From a virus: DNA of 64,000 nucleotides. Location of the stretch: IMG/VR virus record IMGVR_UViG_3300029690_000340. One strand, written 5' to 3'. Shown piece by piece: positions 1 to 9,253 of the stretch (position 1 is the first letter of the stretch; the number at the start of each line of letters is the position of its first letter). The position numbers and the translations under genes were made by a program. Below the pieces are notes generated by a model that saw only the letters and a list, made by a program, of their open reading frames with translations, made no database searches and was not told the DNA's origin.

Positions 1-1143
1 GAGAACGGTGAGGAAGAGGAAAGTGGGAAAAGGAGGTGGCTGCGCAGGAAGGCCAAATCCGATGTTGAGGATGAATCTGAGGACGGTAGGAGCAGGTTGG
101 ACGCCTTGAAGGAGTCCCTGAACCAGCCGCTATTTGAGAAAATTCCGCTGACCAGGAAGAAGCTGCTTGTCATCATCGGCGGGATGATGGTGTTGTCCAT
201 CATCGGCTCCATTGCGAGCAGTGTGCTTTTCGGCGGCAATGAGACACCGCCTAACCCTACGCCGATTGAAAATCAGGAACCCGTGGATGAACCGGACCCG
301 TCCTTGAACACGATACAGGTCATTCAGGTCAAGCAGGACCTGATTCCGGGAGATGTTATCACGGAAGATGTCATTCAGAGCGCCACCATCAGCGCAGAGA
401 GCTACAATCAAATTACTCTGGGCGGAACGAATATCTACCAGTATAACCGTGCTTCCAGCCTTATCGGCAAGTATGCTACCGCATATATCCCGACCGGCCA
501 GTATCTCGCATACAACAATGTAGCGAGTGCATACACGCCGCCGAAGAATCCGTGGGTGAATGAGCAACAGGGGAAGGTCTATGTGACTGCCCCTCTGGAC
601 GATGAAACCGCGACCAGCGTTCTCCTCAATTTTGGCGCGAAAGTTGATATGACGATTAAAAAGGAGACTGTCCGGCAGACGGAAGCCCCGGATGATTCTC
701 CGGACATTCCCGGAATGACGCATCAGACGACCATCTATCAAAGTGTTTCCATTGACACCTACGAAATGCAGAATGTCATTGTGTGCGATATCCTGAACGC
801 GGAGCAGGTCAGCATCTACGACGAATATACCAAGCTGATGGAGATTCCTGCTGGTGAACAGCTCAATTACCTCCGTGCGGCGCTTTTGGAAGATGAAACG
901 CTGGCAGATACCTTGACGCCCGCCTATATTCGTATCAAAATCGGCATCGACCAATCGGACGCAATCGGCGACTTGTCCGATAAGTCCATTTCCATCAAAT
1001 ATAAGCTCCACGACGATTCCGACATTGACACGACGACCGACGCAAAGCGCGAATACGCAGCGCAGGCAAGGGCGCTGGCGGAGACGATTCGGGATGCCAT
1101 CCACGCAAACGCTGAGACGGCTGCGGAAGGAGGCGGTGACTGA
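1..1143 (+). CDS. SAF/CpaB-like domain membrane protein, 5'-truncated by window edge
   Basis: Reading frame is open from nt 1 with no in-frame stop before the listed TTG at 97. One TM segment (LLVIIGGMMVLSIIGSIASSVLF) is followed by a SAF-like stretch (IQVIQVKQDLIPGDVITEDV...) resembling Flp-pilus CpaB/RcpC. Family assignment is by motif only. Confidence 0.35.
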   Translation, partial: ENGEEEESGKRRWLRRKAKSDVEDESEDGRSRLDALKESLNQPLFEKIPLTRKKLLVIIGGMMVLSIIGSIASSVLFGGNETPPNPTPIENQEPVDEPDPSLNTIQVIQVKQDLIPGDVITEDVIQSATISAESYNQITLGGTNIYQYNRASSLIGKYATAYIPTGQYLAYNNVASAYTPPKNPWVNEQQGKVYVTAPLDDETATSVLLNFGAKVDMTIKKETVRQTEAPDDSPDIPGMTHQTTIYQSVSIDTYEMQNVIVCDILNAEQVSIYDEYTKLMEIPAGEQLNYLRAALLEDETLADTLTPAYIRIKIGIDQSDAIGDLSDKSISIKYKLHDDSDIDTTTDAKREYAAQARALAETIRDAIHANAETAAEGGGD

Positions 1144-2249
1144 TGTTTCGAGGTCTGCGAAGGACAGCGCTGGCAATTCTTACTCTGGCGCTGATACTGA
1201 CTTTTCCCGTTACAGCGTCTGCCACTGACGCCGGCTTTTCCGATGTGCCAGAAACGGCACCGTATCATGATAGCGTTGTCTATCTCTCAGAACGGCAAAT
1301 CGTCACAGGGACTGGCGTCGGCCAGTTCTCCCCGGACGCCCCCATTACCGTTCGGCAATGGGCGGTCATGCTCTGCCGAGCCTATGGTGTCCAAATGAAA
1401 GGCAATGGATGGATGGAGCAGAGTCAGAGCGGCGTGGATGCTGCTTACGGCAACGGTTGGCTGAGTGAGACTGCTGTCGTCTCACCAGAAACACAACTCT
1501 GCCGGAGTGCGGTTCTGGAAAGTGCGTTCGATGCCGCACAGATACCGGTCTACGACAATGTTCTCTATGGAGGGAAGGCACTTAGCCGTGAGGAAAATGT
1601 CCTGCGTGTTGGACAAGAGCTGGGCTTATGTTCTGCGTCCTCGACCGTAGGTGAAAGAGTAACGAGGGGAGAGGCGGCTGTCTATCTATATGAGACATTG
1701 ACACATCAATTTGTGGTCGAAGCGCCTAAATCTCCGGTCGTGTGCGAAAATCGCTCTGACGCGAATCTCAACGATTATCTTATGGAACTGCGCTATCTTC
1801 CGGATACCGTCCTCAATGCGTTCAATGAGCACGGATGGAAGCTCGTTATCGACCATGCGTATACGGCGAAAATGGGCAAGCTGTATAATGTGTCCTGCAC
1901 CGGCGTCACCAGCTATCAGGAGCGAACCATTTATGTTTCGGAAGCGGGGGCAGTCCTGCATGAGTTCGGGCATTTTATAGAAGGGGAACTGCTCAGCTTT
2001 CCTGCCAGAAGTCAGGAACTCTTCAACGCAGAAGCAAAAGATGCACCCTTCCGCAGCTATGCCAAAACAAGCAGCAACGAATATTTTGCAGATTATTTCG
2101 CTTATCTGCTGACACATTCGGATGGCAGCAAGTCCATGCAGCTTCTGAAAAAAAGCACGCCCAAAACATACGAATATTTCCACTCACTCACGATAAACGG
2201 TGAACCGCTTTTGGGAGGTAGTCATGCCGAAGAAGTCAAAAATTATTGA
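1143..2249 (+). CDS. SLH-domain protein with C-terminal zinc-metallopeptidase-like domain (HEFGH motif)
   Basis: Signal peptide, then SLH-type repeat (FSDVPETAPYHDSVVYLSERQIVTGT). C-terminal AVLHEFGHFIEGE fits HExxH. ATG overlaps the upstream stop (ATGA); RBS GGAAGGAGG. Confidence 0.5.
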   Translation: MFRGLRRTALAILTLALILTFPVTASATDAGFSDVPETAPYHDSVVYLSERQIVTGTGVGQFSPDAPITVRQWAVMLCRAYGVQMKGNGWMEQSQSGVDAAYGNGWLSETAVVSPETQLCRSAVLESAFDAAQIPVYDNVLYGGKALSREENVLRVGQELGLCSASSTVGERVTRGEAAVYLYETLTHQFVVEAPKSPVVCENRSDANLNDYLMELRYLPDTVLNAFNEHGWKLVIDHAYTAKMGKLYNVSCTGVTSYQERTIYVSEAGAVLHEFGHFIEGELLSFPARSQELFNAEAKDAPFRSYAKTSSNEYFADYFAYLLTHSDGSKSMQLLKKSTPKTYEYFHSLTINGEPLLGGSHAEEVKNY

Positions 2250-2787
2250 ATTCCCGCATCTCCGTGCCCTGCTGGAGCAGGATGACGCCAATCGGGCCGA
2301 AAATGCCGCAGGGAAACAGGCTTCGGACTCGGCACCGGAACCGGAGGGGGAGAAGAAATCTATCTGGCAGGAGCTGCGGGACATCGAGCTGCCGACCGCC
2401 TTGCAGTCCAAGGAAGTCATGCTCTGTACGGTCGCGGTACTGATGACGCTGACAGTCATCGTGTTGTCCATCACGCTTCTATCCGTGCGGCTGCTCATGT
2501 TTCTTCTTTTCCCCGTCTATCTTCTATACTGTGCGGTTTCTCTGCGGTTGGATTTTAAGGACGGCACTATTAGGGAACTGCCGATGATTTGCTACAGCGT
2601 ACAGACAAACGCAATTTCCAACGGATTGAAAGGCTCCACGAAAGTGTGTTTCCGGACAGACGATGATGTTCCGTCTTATTTCACCTTTACACTTCCCCGC
2701 AAGGTGACGTTTTATCCGAATTGCTCATATCTCGTCTACATCAACGAAAAAACACCGCATCTGTTATATGCCTATTTGCAGATGTGA
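2224..2787 (+). CDS. hypothetical membrane protein
   Basis: ATG at 2224 preceded by GGGAGG. Hydrophobic helices (LMTLTVIVLSITLLSVRLLMFLLFPVYLLY). No recognisable family. Confidence 0.35.
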   Translation: MPKKSKIIEFPHLRALLEQDDANRAENAAGKQASDSAPEPEGEKKSIWQELRDIELPTALQSKEVMLCTVAVLMTLTVIVLSITLLSVRLLMFLLFPVYLLYCAVSLRLDFKDGTIRELPMICYSVQTNAISNGLKGSTKVCFRTDDDVPSYFTFTLPRKVTFYPNCSYLVYINEKTPHLLYAYLQM

Positions 2788-2867
2788 GTACATCTTCCAG
2801 CGGCATCTATCCATACCGGATGGGTGCTGCTGTTTTTTTGCCGAAACACTCAGGCACCTCGGAACTC

Positions 2868-3038
2868 AGGAACCTGTATTCCTGTTTATCACAATTCTGC
2901 AAATGGCAAAAAGGCCGGTATGCTGTGACCATACAAAAGAAGTATCGCAAACATAAAGAAAGTTCAGTCAGCATCCTTTACGGATACTGGCTTTTTATAT
3001 ATCCCAAATCACACAAAACAAAAAGGAGAAATGAAAAA
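2868..3038. repeat. repeated intergenic regulatory cassette, copy 1 of 6
   Basis: Shares the core CCGGTATGCTG(A/T)GACCATACAAAAGAAGTATC(A/G)CAAACA(C/T)AAAGAAAGTTCAGTCAGC + hairpin + GCTTTTTATATAT + AAAAAGGAGAAATGAAAAAATG with copies ending at 7440, 48841, 50885, 54072 and 58067. Confidence 0.6.
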
Positions 3039-3224
3039 ATGTTTACAAACGACTACTTTACGAAAGCAATGGGTTATGTCATCGACGGCGAATCCCGTGG
3101 CAGCAAGGAAAGTGCAATGAAGTACCTGACGGGTTCCGGTTTCATGGAGAGACAGGAAGCGGAGAGTTATCTCGCGCATCTGTTTCGCGTGTGGCGGAAT
3201 CTGTCTGCTGCAAACGCCCGTTAA
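3039..3224 (+). CDS. small hypothetical protein (61 aa)
   Basis: ATG 10 nt after the cassette RBS AAAAGGAG. In frame with listed ORF 2721..3224, whose upstream part runs through the repeat cassette and is unlikely to be coding. Confidence 0.3.
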   Translation: MFTNDYFTKAMGYVIDGESRGSKESAMKYLTGSGFMERQEAESYLAHLFRVWRNLSAANAR

Positions 3225-3246
3225 TGAGTGAAAGGAGAAAGAAACT

Positions 3247-4998
3247 ATGAATCACACTTTGAATACGCCGTCTGCCAGTTGGTCAGTTGCCAGATTCCCG
3301 AAAGAGGTTCAGAACTATGCTCCGACAGTAAAGGAGCCAGCTATGTTCTCGGCACTCCGAAACGGTGGCGGCAATGTCGCGTTGAACGCATACGCCGCAC
3401 AGGCGGTTGTGGCATGGATGAAGGGCGAACACGCTGATATGGCGCTGGTCGATGTCGGCGGCTCTACCTACGCAGCGGAGTTTCCGCAGGCGGATGGTAC
3501 GGTCCTGATTGCGACGGTGAACCGTCCGGACCCGAACGGCAAGACGGTCCGCCTTCGTGCGGCCATTGCGAAGCCGGTTGTGGGAACTGCGGACTATACC
3601 TTTACGTCGCTCCCCACGATTGACCGAAGCTGCGAGGTCAACCTCGCACCTATCTATCTGTGCCTGTTGCCTATTGCCGCTTCCATCTGGGGCGGTGTGG
3701 GTCAGGACCTCAACACTATCACGCAGCAGTATACCGCAAGAACGCCTTTTGACGAGGGTTGCTTCCGTCGCATCTGCGACACGTTGGTGGTGATGCTGAA
3801 TAACAACGAGGTCGATGTCAAGGTTCCCGGTGGGAACATTGATATCCTCACGGGAACCAGCGTCAAAAGCGGTTCTCTGTCCGGCACGGAGCTGTGCGGC
3901 AAGGCGTGCGTCCTGTGCGGCAGTATCCGCGTAACAGCAACAAAGGCGCACACATTCGCAAGCGCAAAGAAGCTGTTTTCCGCATTTGCGGCCAGCCATA
4001 CTTGGTCGGCAGCGGAGCGGGCACTCGTTCCTCAGTTCCCGGACGATTATCCCGTTGCACCGGAAGCAATCGACATTGCTAAGAAATTCGTTAATACCCG
4101 AAAGGATAAGCGTCCCATGAATAACTTCATGTGGCGCGGCATTACCTCCTATGGTAAGTCCACGGGCGTTGAACTGATGGCTGGGTTCCTGAATATCCCG
4201 CTGCTGCGTATGACGTGCAATTCCACGATGGAGACGCAGAACTTCCTCTCCGATATCATTCCCGATACGGATGGGGCACACACAGCGGAACTGCCTGACT
4301 TCGCGGAAATCGCGGCGGACCCCGCCAGTGCTTACTTCAAGCTCACAGGTGTGGAGGACGAAGACGCGACCTGCCAGATGGCCCTTGAGGCGTATGGCAA
4401 GGCGGCGGCGAGTAACGGCTCTGTGGCGCGCTACAAGTTCGTTGAGTCGAACTATGTCAAGGCGCTGGAACACGGCTACATCGTTGAGGTACAGGAGATT
4501 TCCCGTATCCGCGACGCTGGCGTGCTCGTCGGTCTGAACGAATACGACCGCGCAGGGGCGATGATTCCGCTGGTTGATGGGCGCTTCGTGCGCCGTCATC
4601 CGGATGCGATGGTTGTTTATACCGATAACGTCGGCTATGCTTCCTGTCGTCCGGTTGACCCGTCTGTAATCCGTCGCTGTGCTTTCGTCATTGACTCTTA
4701 TGAGCTGACGAAGGAGACGCTGTTGGCCCGTGTTCGGTATAACACCGGTTTCCCTGACAAGGATTTGCTGGAAAAGATGTATACGGTCTGGCTGGCAATT
4801 TCCAAGCACTGCAAGGAGAACGATATTACGGAAGGCTCTATCTCTGCGACGGAGCTTGAGATGTGGGCACAGTCGGTACAGGTCGATGGCATGAGTAATG
4901 TCCGTGAGAACTGCCGCTGTTGCGTCGTGTCGAAGGCAACTTCTGTCGTGGAGGAGCAGGAGGAGATTATGGGTTCCGTTGTGGACCTGTATCTCTGA
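3247..4998 (+). CDS. AAA+ ATPase, CbbQ/NorQ/MoxR (AAA_5) family
   Basis: Strong RBS AAAGGAGAAAG. P-loop-like SYGKSTGVELMAGFLNIPLLRMTC, then IVEVQEISRIRDAGVLVGLNEYDRAGAMIPLVDGRFVRRHPDAMVVYTDN, typical of CbbQ/NorQ-type ATPases. Confidence 0.7.
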   Translation: MNHTLNTPSASWSVARFPKEVQNYAPTVKEPAMFSALRNGGGNVALNAYAAQAVVAWMKGEHADMALVDVGGSTYAAEFPQADGTVLIATVNRPDPNGKTVRLRAAIAKPVVGTADYTFTSLPTIDRSCEVNLAPIYLCLLPIAASIWGGVGQDLNTITQQYTARTPFDEGCFRRICDTLVVMLNNNEVDVKVPGGNIDILTGTSVKSGSLSGTELCGKACVLCGSIRVTATKAHTFASAKKLFSAFAASHTWSAAERALVPQFPDDYPVAPEAIDIAKKFVNTRKDKRPMNNFMWRGITSYGKSTGVELMAGFLNIPLLRMTCNSTMETQNFLSDIIPDTDGAHTAELPDFAEIAADPASAYFKLTGVEDEDATCQMALEAYGKAAASNGSVARYKFVESNYVKALEHGYIVEVQEISRIRDAGVLVGLNEYDRAGAMIPLVDGRFVRRHPDAMVVYTDNVGYASCRPVDPSVIRRCAFVIDSYELTKETLLARVRYNTGFPDKDLLEKMYTVWLAISKHCKENDITEGSISATELEMWAQSVQVDGMSNVRENCRCCVVSKATSVVEEQEEIMGSVVDLYL

Positions 4999-5064
4999 TT
5001 TTCCACACAACACGCTGAGAATGGGGGCCGCATGGTCCCCATTCTCTGAAAAAGGAGAAAGAAT

Positions 5065-7206
5065 ATGAAATACGAACACCAGCTCAGGAAGCTGAGTTCT
5101 GAAGAGCGCAAGAACTTGAGTTCCGAAGAACTCTTCCACTCCGCTGAGTTTTCCAGCTATCTGCAAAAGATGGGGGAGACGCTGTTGCGGCATTGCGGCA
5201 TCACTAAGCGACTGTCCCTGACAATTCTGCCGACAGGCATTGCACCAGGTTGGACGGACGGAAAGAAGGAGTATCTCGTACCTGAAAATACCATCACGGA
5301 GGCGTACAATGACATCTATGCCAAGTTTACGGCTCTGCTGGGTATCCATTTCCACGAAATTGCACATATCATCTATTGCGATTTTGCGGAGGAGCAGAAG
5401 GCCATTGATAAAATCAAGGCCGGAGAGTTCTACGGAGAACTGCCGGTGCCGAAGACTCAGGCAGAGGTTGACGCATTGACTGAAATGAAGGACGCGCTTC
5501 AGAACAGTGCGTACCGGCCGCTGTTTCAGCAGATTTTCAACGATGTGACCAACACCATTGATGACCCGCACGATGAAGGCAAAATCATCGACGAGTTCGG
5601 CGGCATAGTGGAAAAGGGAATCGCAACATCGCGTGAGGCCCTGTTCCGCAGTTTCGATTATGCGGAAAATATCCTCGCAAATGATAAGGCAACCAAGCTG
5701 CAAAAGCTCTATGCCCTGATGCTTGAGTTTGCCCGATTCGAGGATGTCTTCGCAAGAGACCTTGAACAGTGCGTGCGTGACAACGACATCATGAAGATGG
5801 TCATTGACATGGCAAAGCCCTTGAGTCAGGCCAGATGGACAGATGACGTTGCATATCGTTTTACGCAAATCAACGCAATCTTTCTTATCATGTGGCCCAT
5901 CATCAAAGAGGCCCTGGATGAAGCGGAACAGCAACAGAATCAGACGGGAGCGGGAAATCCCCAGAGCAACAGCAACGGCGATTCCAGCGATGGGCAGACC
6001 GGCTCAAACGGAAATCCTGGAAGCGGGAATCCGAACAGCTCCGGCAACACTCAGTCGATGAATCATTCTGCCGCTGCTATTCAGGCTGTTGTAAACGGCC
6101 TTGTTCAGACCGCATCGAATACCGGTGCGAACGCCGCCCCGCAGAACCAGTCCACGTCCAAAGTTGCTTCCGCAAATCACAAGCAGGCCCAAAAGGGTCA
6201 GCAGGCGCAAGGCGGACAGAAAACTTCCTCCCAGACGAAGGCTTCGGCGAATACGAATGGGACGGACAAGCAAATCAAAGAGGCCTTGGAAGCTATCGCA
6301 CGGGGCATCAGCGACCAGAAGGCGGAGGAAAAGCTGGAGGCGGACATTACATCCGACCTGATGGCAGAAATCCCCCAGTTGGAGCTTGGCCCCACGCATC
6401 GAGGCCATATCAGGCCCCATCGCATCTTAGGCGTTACAGAGCAGGACAAAAAGCTGTATGAGCGGCAGATGGCTGACCTGAAGGGATATTCCCGCAGGCT
6501 TCAGAAACTCATTCGGGAAGCTCTGGCTGATATCCAGCAGGGTTCTATCCTTCATCACCGCATCATTGGCAACCGTCTTGAAATCAAGAATGCCTATCGT
6601 CCGGACCAGAAGTTCTATGCCAGCAAGAAGCTACCGCAGGACTATCCGTCTATGGCGGTCAGCGTTCTGGTTGATATGTCCGGCTCCATGCAGGGCGCAC
6701 GGATGAACTCCGCAATGCGGGCGGCCATGCTACTCTATGACTTTGCGACGGGACTGGGCATTCCAGTCATGGTTGCCGGCCACAATACCCAGACAAGGGG
6801 ATGTGCCGAATACTATGTGTTCTCCCGCTTTGATGCCATCGGGAAGCAGGATGCCTTCCGGCTTGCCAAACTGAGCACAGGGGGCTGTAACCGTGATGGC
6901 GCTGCCATCGCAGCCTCCGTTGGCCTTCTGGCAAAGAGACCGGAGGAGGTCAAGCTGATGTTTGTCATCAGCGACGGACAGCCTAATGACGGAAACTATT
7001 CTGGCAGTAGTGCCAGAGCAGATATCCAGAATATCGTGAAATCCGCACGACGGAACGGTATCGAGGTTTTTGCGGCAGCTATTGGCAACGACAAGGAGCA
7101 CATCCAGGCAATTTACGGTGACGGCTTTCTCGATATCACCGACCTGAGCAAATTTCCGAAGATGCTCACAGGGATGGTGAAGAAGAGGATTCTGCGCAAT
7201 ATTTGA
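5065..7206 (+). CDS. VWA-domain protein (CobT/NorD-like partner of the AAA+ ATPase) with Q/N/G/S-rich linker
   Basis: C-terminal VWA/MIDAS region (VLVDMSGSMQGARMNSAMRAAMLLYDFATGLGIPVMVAGHN ... FVISDGQPND). Central low-complexity segment 5935-6320. RBS AAAAGGAGAAAG. Confidence 0.7.
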   Translation: MKYEHQLRKLSSEERKNLSSEELFHSAEFSSYLQKMGETLLRHCGITKRLSLTILPTGIAPGWTDGKKEYLVPENTITEAYNDIYAKFTALLGIHFHEIAHIIYCDFAEEQKAIDKIKAGEFYGELPVPKTQAEVDALTEMKDALQNSAYRPLFQQIFNDVTNTIDDPHDEGKIIDEFGGIVEKGIATSREALFRSFDYAENILANDKATKLQKLYALMLEFARFEDVFARDLEQCVRDNDIMKMVIDMAKPLSQARWTDDVAYRFTQINAIFLIMWPIIKEALDEAEQQQNQTGAGNPQSNSNGDSSDGQTGSNGNPGSGNPNSSGNTQSMNHSAAAIQAVVNGLVQTASNTGANAAPQNQSTSKVASANHKQAQKGQQAQGGQKTSSQTKASANTNGTDKQIKEALEAIARGISDQKAEEKLEADITSDLMAEIPQLELGPTHRGHIRPHRILGVTEQDKKLYERQMADLKGYSRRLQKLIREALADIQQGSILHHRIIGNRLEIKNAYRPDQKFYASKKLPQDYPSMAVSVLVDMSGSMQGARMNSAMRAAMLLYDFATGLGIPVMVAGHNTQTRGCAEYYVFSRFDAIGKQDAFRLAKLSTGGCNRDGAAIAASVGLLAKRPEEVKLMFVISDGQPNDGNYSGSSARADIQNIVKSARRNGIEVFAAAIGNDKEHIQAIYGDGFLDITDLSKFPKMLTGMVKKRILRNI

Positions 7207-7210
7207 GATA

Positions 7211-7245
7211 ATCCGGGCCTTCTGGCCCGGATTTCTTTTTGCCCT
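7211..7245 (+). terminator. rho-independent terminator
   Basis: ATCCGGGCCTTCTGGCCCGGAT hairpin followed by TTCTTTTT. Confidence 0.6.
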
Positions 7246-7262
7246 TCTTTGGTTCTTGGGTA

Positions 7263-7440
7263 CTTCTATTCCTAAGAACCTATATTCCTGCACAGCGCAA
7301 TTCTGTAAGCGAGAAAAAAGTCGGTATGCTGAGACCATACAAAGGAAGTATCACAAACATAATGAAAGTTCAGTCTGCACCCAACGGGCGCAGGCTTTTA
7401 TATAAATCAAAAAAATAACAAGTAAGGAGAATCAGAAAAA
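7263..7440. repeat. repeated intergenic regulatory cassette, copy 2 of 6
   Basis: Same conserved core as 2868..3038. Hairpin arm sequence differs (CTGCACCCAACGGGCGCAG) but stays complementary. Preceded by inverted repeat GGTTCTTGGG...CCTAAGAACC. Confidence 0.6.
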
Positions 7441-8388
7441 ATGGTAACAAATGTGATTACCAAGTGTAACGGCAAGGATAAAGTCGTTGACTTTCGCGAC
7501 AAGCTGAGCCGGTCGCTGCCTGACGAGTATGCGATGATGCACCAGTCTGGCGGCAAGAAAAATGGAGGAAAGACCTTTCCCTCTGTCATCGAAATGGTCA
7601 TCTGTGATTTCACGAAGGGAACGGGCGATAAAAGTGTCACCTGTTCCGTGAATATTGACCCGACCATGTTCGACGAATGGCTCACCGTTTGCCGCTGCAA
7701 TGTCGGTACGATGGCTGTTCCGCTGATTGGACGTGTCGCGAAGGATGCGCAGAAACCCTGGGAGACTGTTTTGGCCCCCAATGCTGTCAATGGTCTGATG
7801 AAGTCGATTCATCGCACTGCCAGCGTTGCAAAGGCTTATGGCAGTCTTCTGAGCAAGAGCGTAAGCATTGTGGCCAAGGCCGTTAAGGGAGCAGAAAAGA
7901 AGGATATCCTCATGGCAGCCGGCACAGTTCTGAAAGAAGCCCGTACTGCTATCGCGGATGCGGACGTTGGGACTGCGCTCAAATTTCCGAACCGAATGGA
8001 CTACCAGTATGCCATGTCCAAGGTCAATACCTACAAGAAAGGCACGGACGGATTTGCGCCGGTGTCTATGCTGACAGTCACGCATGACAGCGTTCGTCAG
8101 GACGGAGACCTTGCAATGTATCCTTGGGTCCTGAAAATCACCAACGGCGAGGCCAAGGTGATTGAGCAGGCGACCGGGGCCACGACATTCGACGGAAAAT
8201 CCATGCGAAACAAGGTGGAGGTATTTATCCAGGTTTCTGACCGCGATATGTACCGCATGATGTATCGCGTAACACGCTTCATCGAAACGTGGGAGAATGC
8301 CATGTGCATCCCCGTCATCATCGAAGGAGAGAACAAAAAGGAGGCTGAACGTCAGGAGTATCTGGCGCGGCAGAAGGAAGGAGTTTAA
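7441..8388 (+). CDS. hypothetical protein
   Basis: RBS AAGTAAGGAGAA. No recognisable family. Lies immediately upstream of the ERF recombinase, possibly a recombination accessory protein. Confidence 0.4.
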   Translation: MVTNVITKCNGKDKVVDFRDKLSRSLPDEYAMMHQSGGKKNGGKTFPSVIEMVICDFTKGTGDKSVTCSVNIDPTMFDEWLTVCRCNVGTMAVPLIGRVAKDAQKPWETVLAPNAVNGLMKSIHRTASVAKAYGSLLSKSVSIVAKAVKGAEKKDILMAAGTVLKEARTAIADADVGTALKFPNRMDYQYAMSKVNTYKKGTDGFAPVSMLTVTHDSVRQDGDLAMYPWVLKITNGEAKVIEQATGATTFDGKSMRNKVEVFIQVSDRDMYRMMYRVTRFIETWENAMCIPVIIEGENKKEAERQEYLARQKEGV

Positions 8389-9183
8389 TTGAATATGAGC
8401 AATAAGAACATTTTTCAGCGTGTGGCGGCAATCACCGCAGAACTGGGCGCTATTGCCAAGGACCTGACCGTTGGTGAGGGGGATAAGGCGTACAGCGCAA
8501 CCTCCGAGGCTACGATTCTTGCGGCAGTCAAGCCGCTGGAAGAGAAGCACGGCGTCTTTTCTTACGCGGTCAGCCGTACCCTCGACCAGAAAATCGTCGA
8601 GAAGCCGTATATGTGGAACGGTGAGCAGCGTTTGGTCCGTTTGGTTATGGCGACGGTAACTGAGGTCTACCGTTTCGTCAACGTTGACGAGCCGACAGAC
8701 TGTCTGGAGACCGTCAGCTTCGGCACGGGTATGGATTCCGGAGATAAGGCTCCCGGTAAGGCTATGACCTACGCCGATAAGTACGCTTTGATGAAGACGT
8801 ACAAAATCAGCACCGGCATTGCCAATGACCCGGATTCCATTCCGTCTCCCGATGAAGGAGTTGCTTTCGTGGAGACGAATCCCCTGATTCCGTCCTCCAA
8901 GAATAACCCCATGATTCCGGCGACCAGTCCGGCGGCCAGCACCCCCGTCACCCAGCCCACACAGGCCCCGGCAAAGGCGGTTGCGAATACGCAGATGTCT
9001 CTTGACGCGGCGAGACAGGTCATCGTTCCGTTCGGCAACTACGCCAAGAAGACGCTTGGTGAGCTGATGACGATTGACCGCAGTCTGGTGGAGTTCTACG
9101 CAAGCGACCGCTTCTCCCGCAGGGATACTTACCCGCAGCTGCATGAGGCTGCACAGGTCATTACGCAGAGCAAAGCCGGTTGA
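8389..9183 (+). CDS. ERF-family single-strand annealing recombinase
   Basis: Motif GKAMTYADKYALMKTYKIST and overall layout typical of ERF superfamily proteins. TTG at 8389 or ATG at 8395 after GAAGGAG. Confidence 0.65.
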   Translation: MNMSNKNIFQRVAAITAELGAIAKDLTVGEGDKAYSATSEATILAAVKPLEEKHGVFSYAVSRTLDQKIVEKPYMWNGEQRLVRLVMATVTEVYRFVNVDEPTDCLETVSFGTGMDSGDKAPGKAMTYADKYALMKTYKISTGIANDPDSIPSPDEGVAFVETNPLIPSSKNNPMIPATSPAASTPVTQPTQAPAKAVANTQMSLDAARQVIVPFGNYAKKTLGELMTIDRSLVEFYASDRFSRRDTYPQLHEAAQVITQSKAG

Positions 9184-9253
9184 GCGTATCAAACACACAA
9201 CGGCGGGGGTTTCTACCCCCGCCGCGCAAAAATGAAGAAAGGAGCCTGCTCGG

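Noticed and set aside
97-99. TTG at 97 as start of the first gene
   Set aside because: The frame is open all the way to nt 1, so the gene is more likely truncated by the window edge.
3283-5934. 883-aa ORF on the minus strand
   Set aside because: Entirely antisense to the AAA+ ATPase and VWA genes, which have clear domain motifs and RBSs. Long antisense ORFs are expected in GC-rich coding DNA. No RBS or recognisable motif.
7432-9198. 588-aa minus-strand ORF
   Set aside because: Antisense to the ERF recombinase and its upstream gene, both supported on the + strand. Treated as spurious.
9202-9223. Hairpin GGCGGGGGTTTCTACCCCCGCC after the ERF gene as terminator
   Set aside because: Stable stem, but it is followed by an A-run rather than a T-run on the + strand. 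May still pause transcription, but not scored as a canonical terminator.
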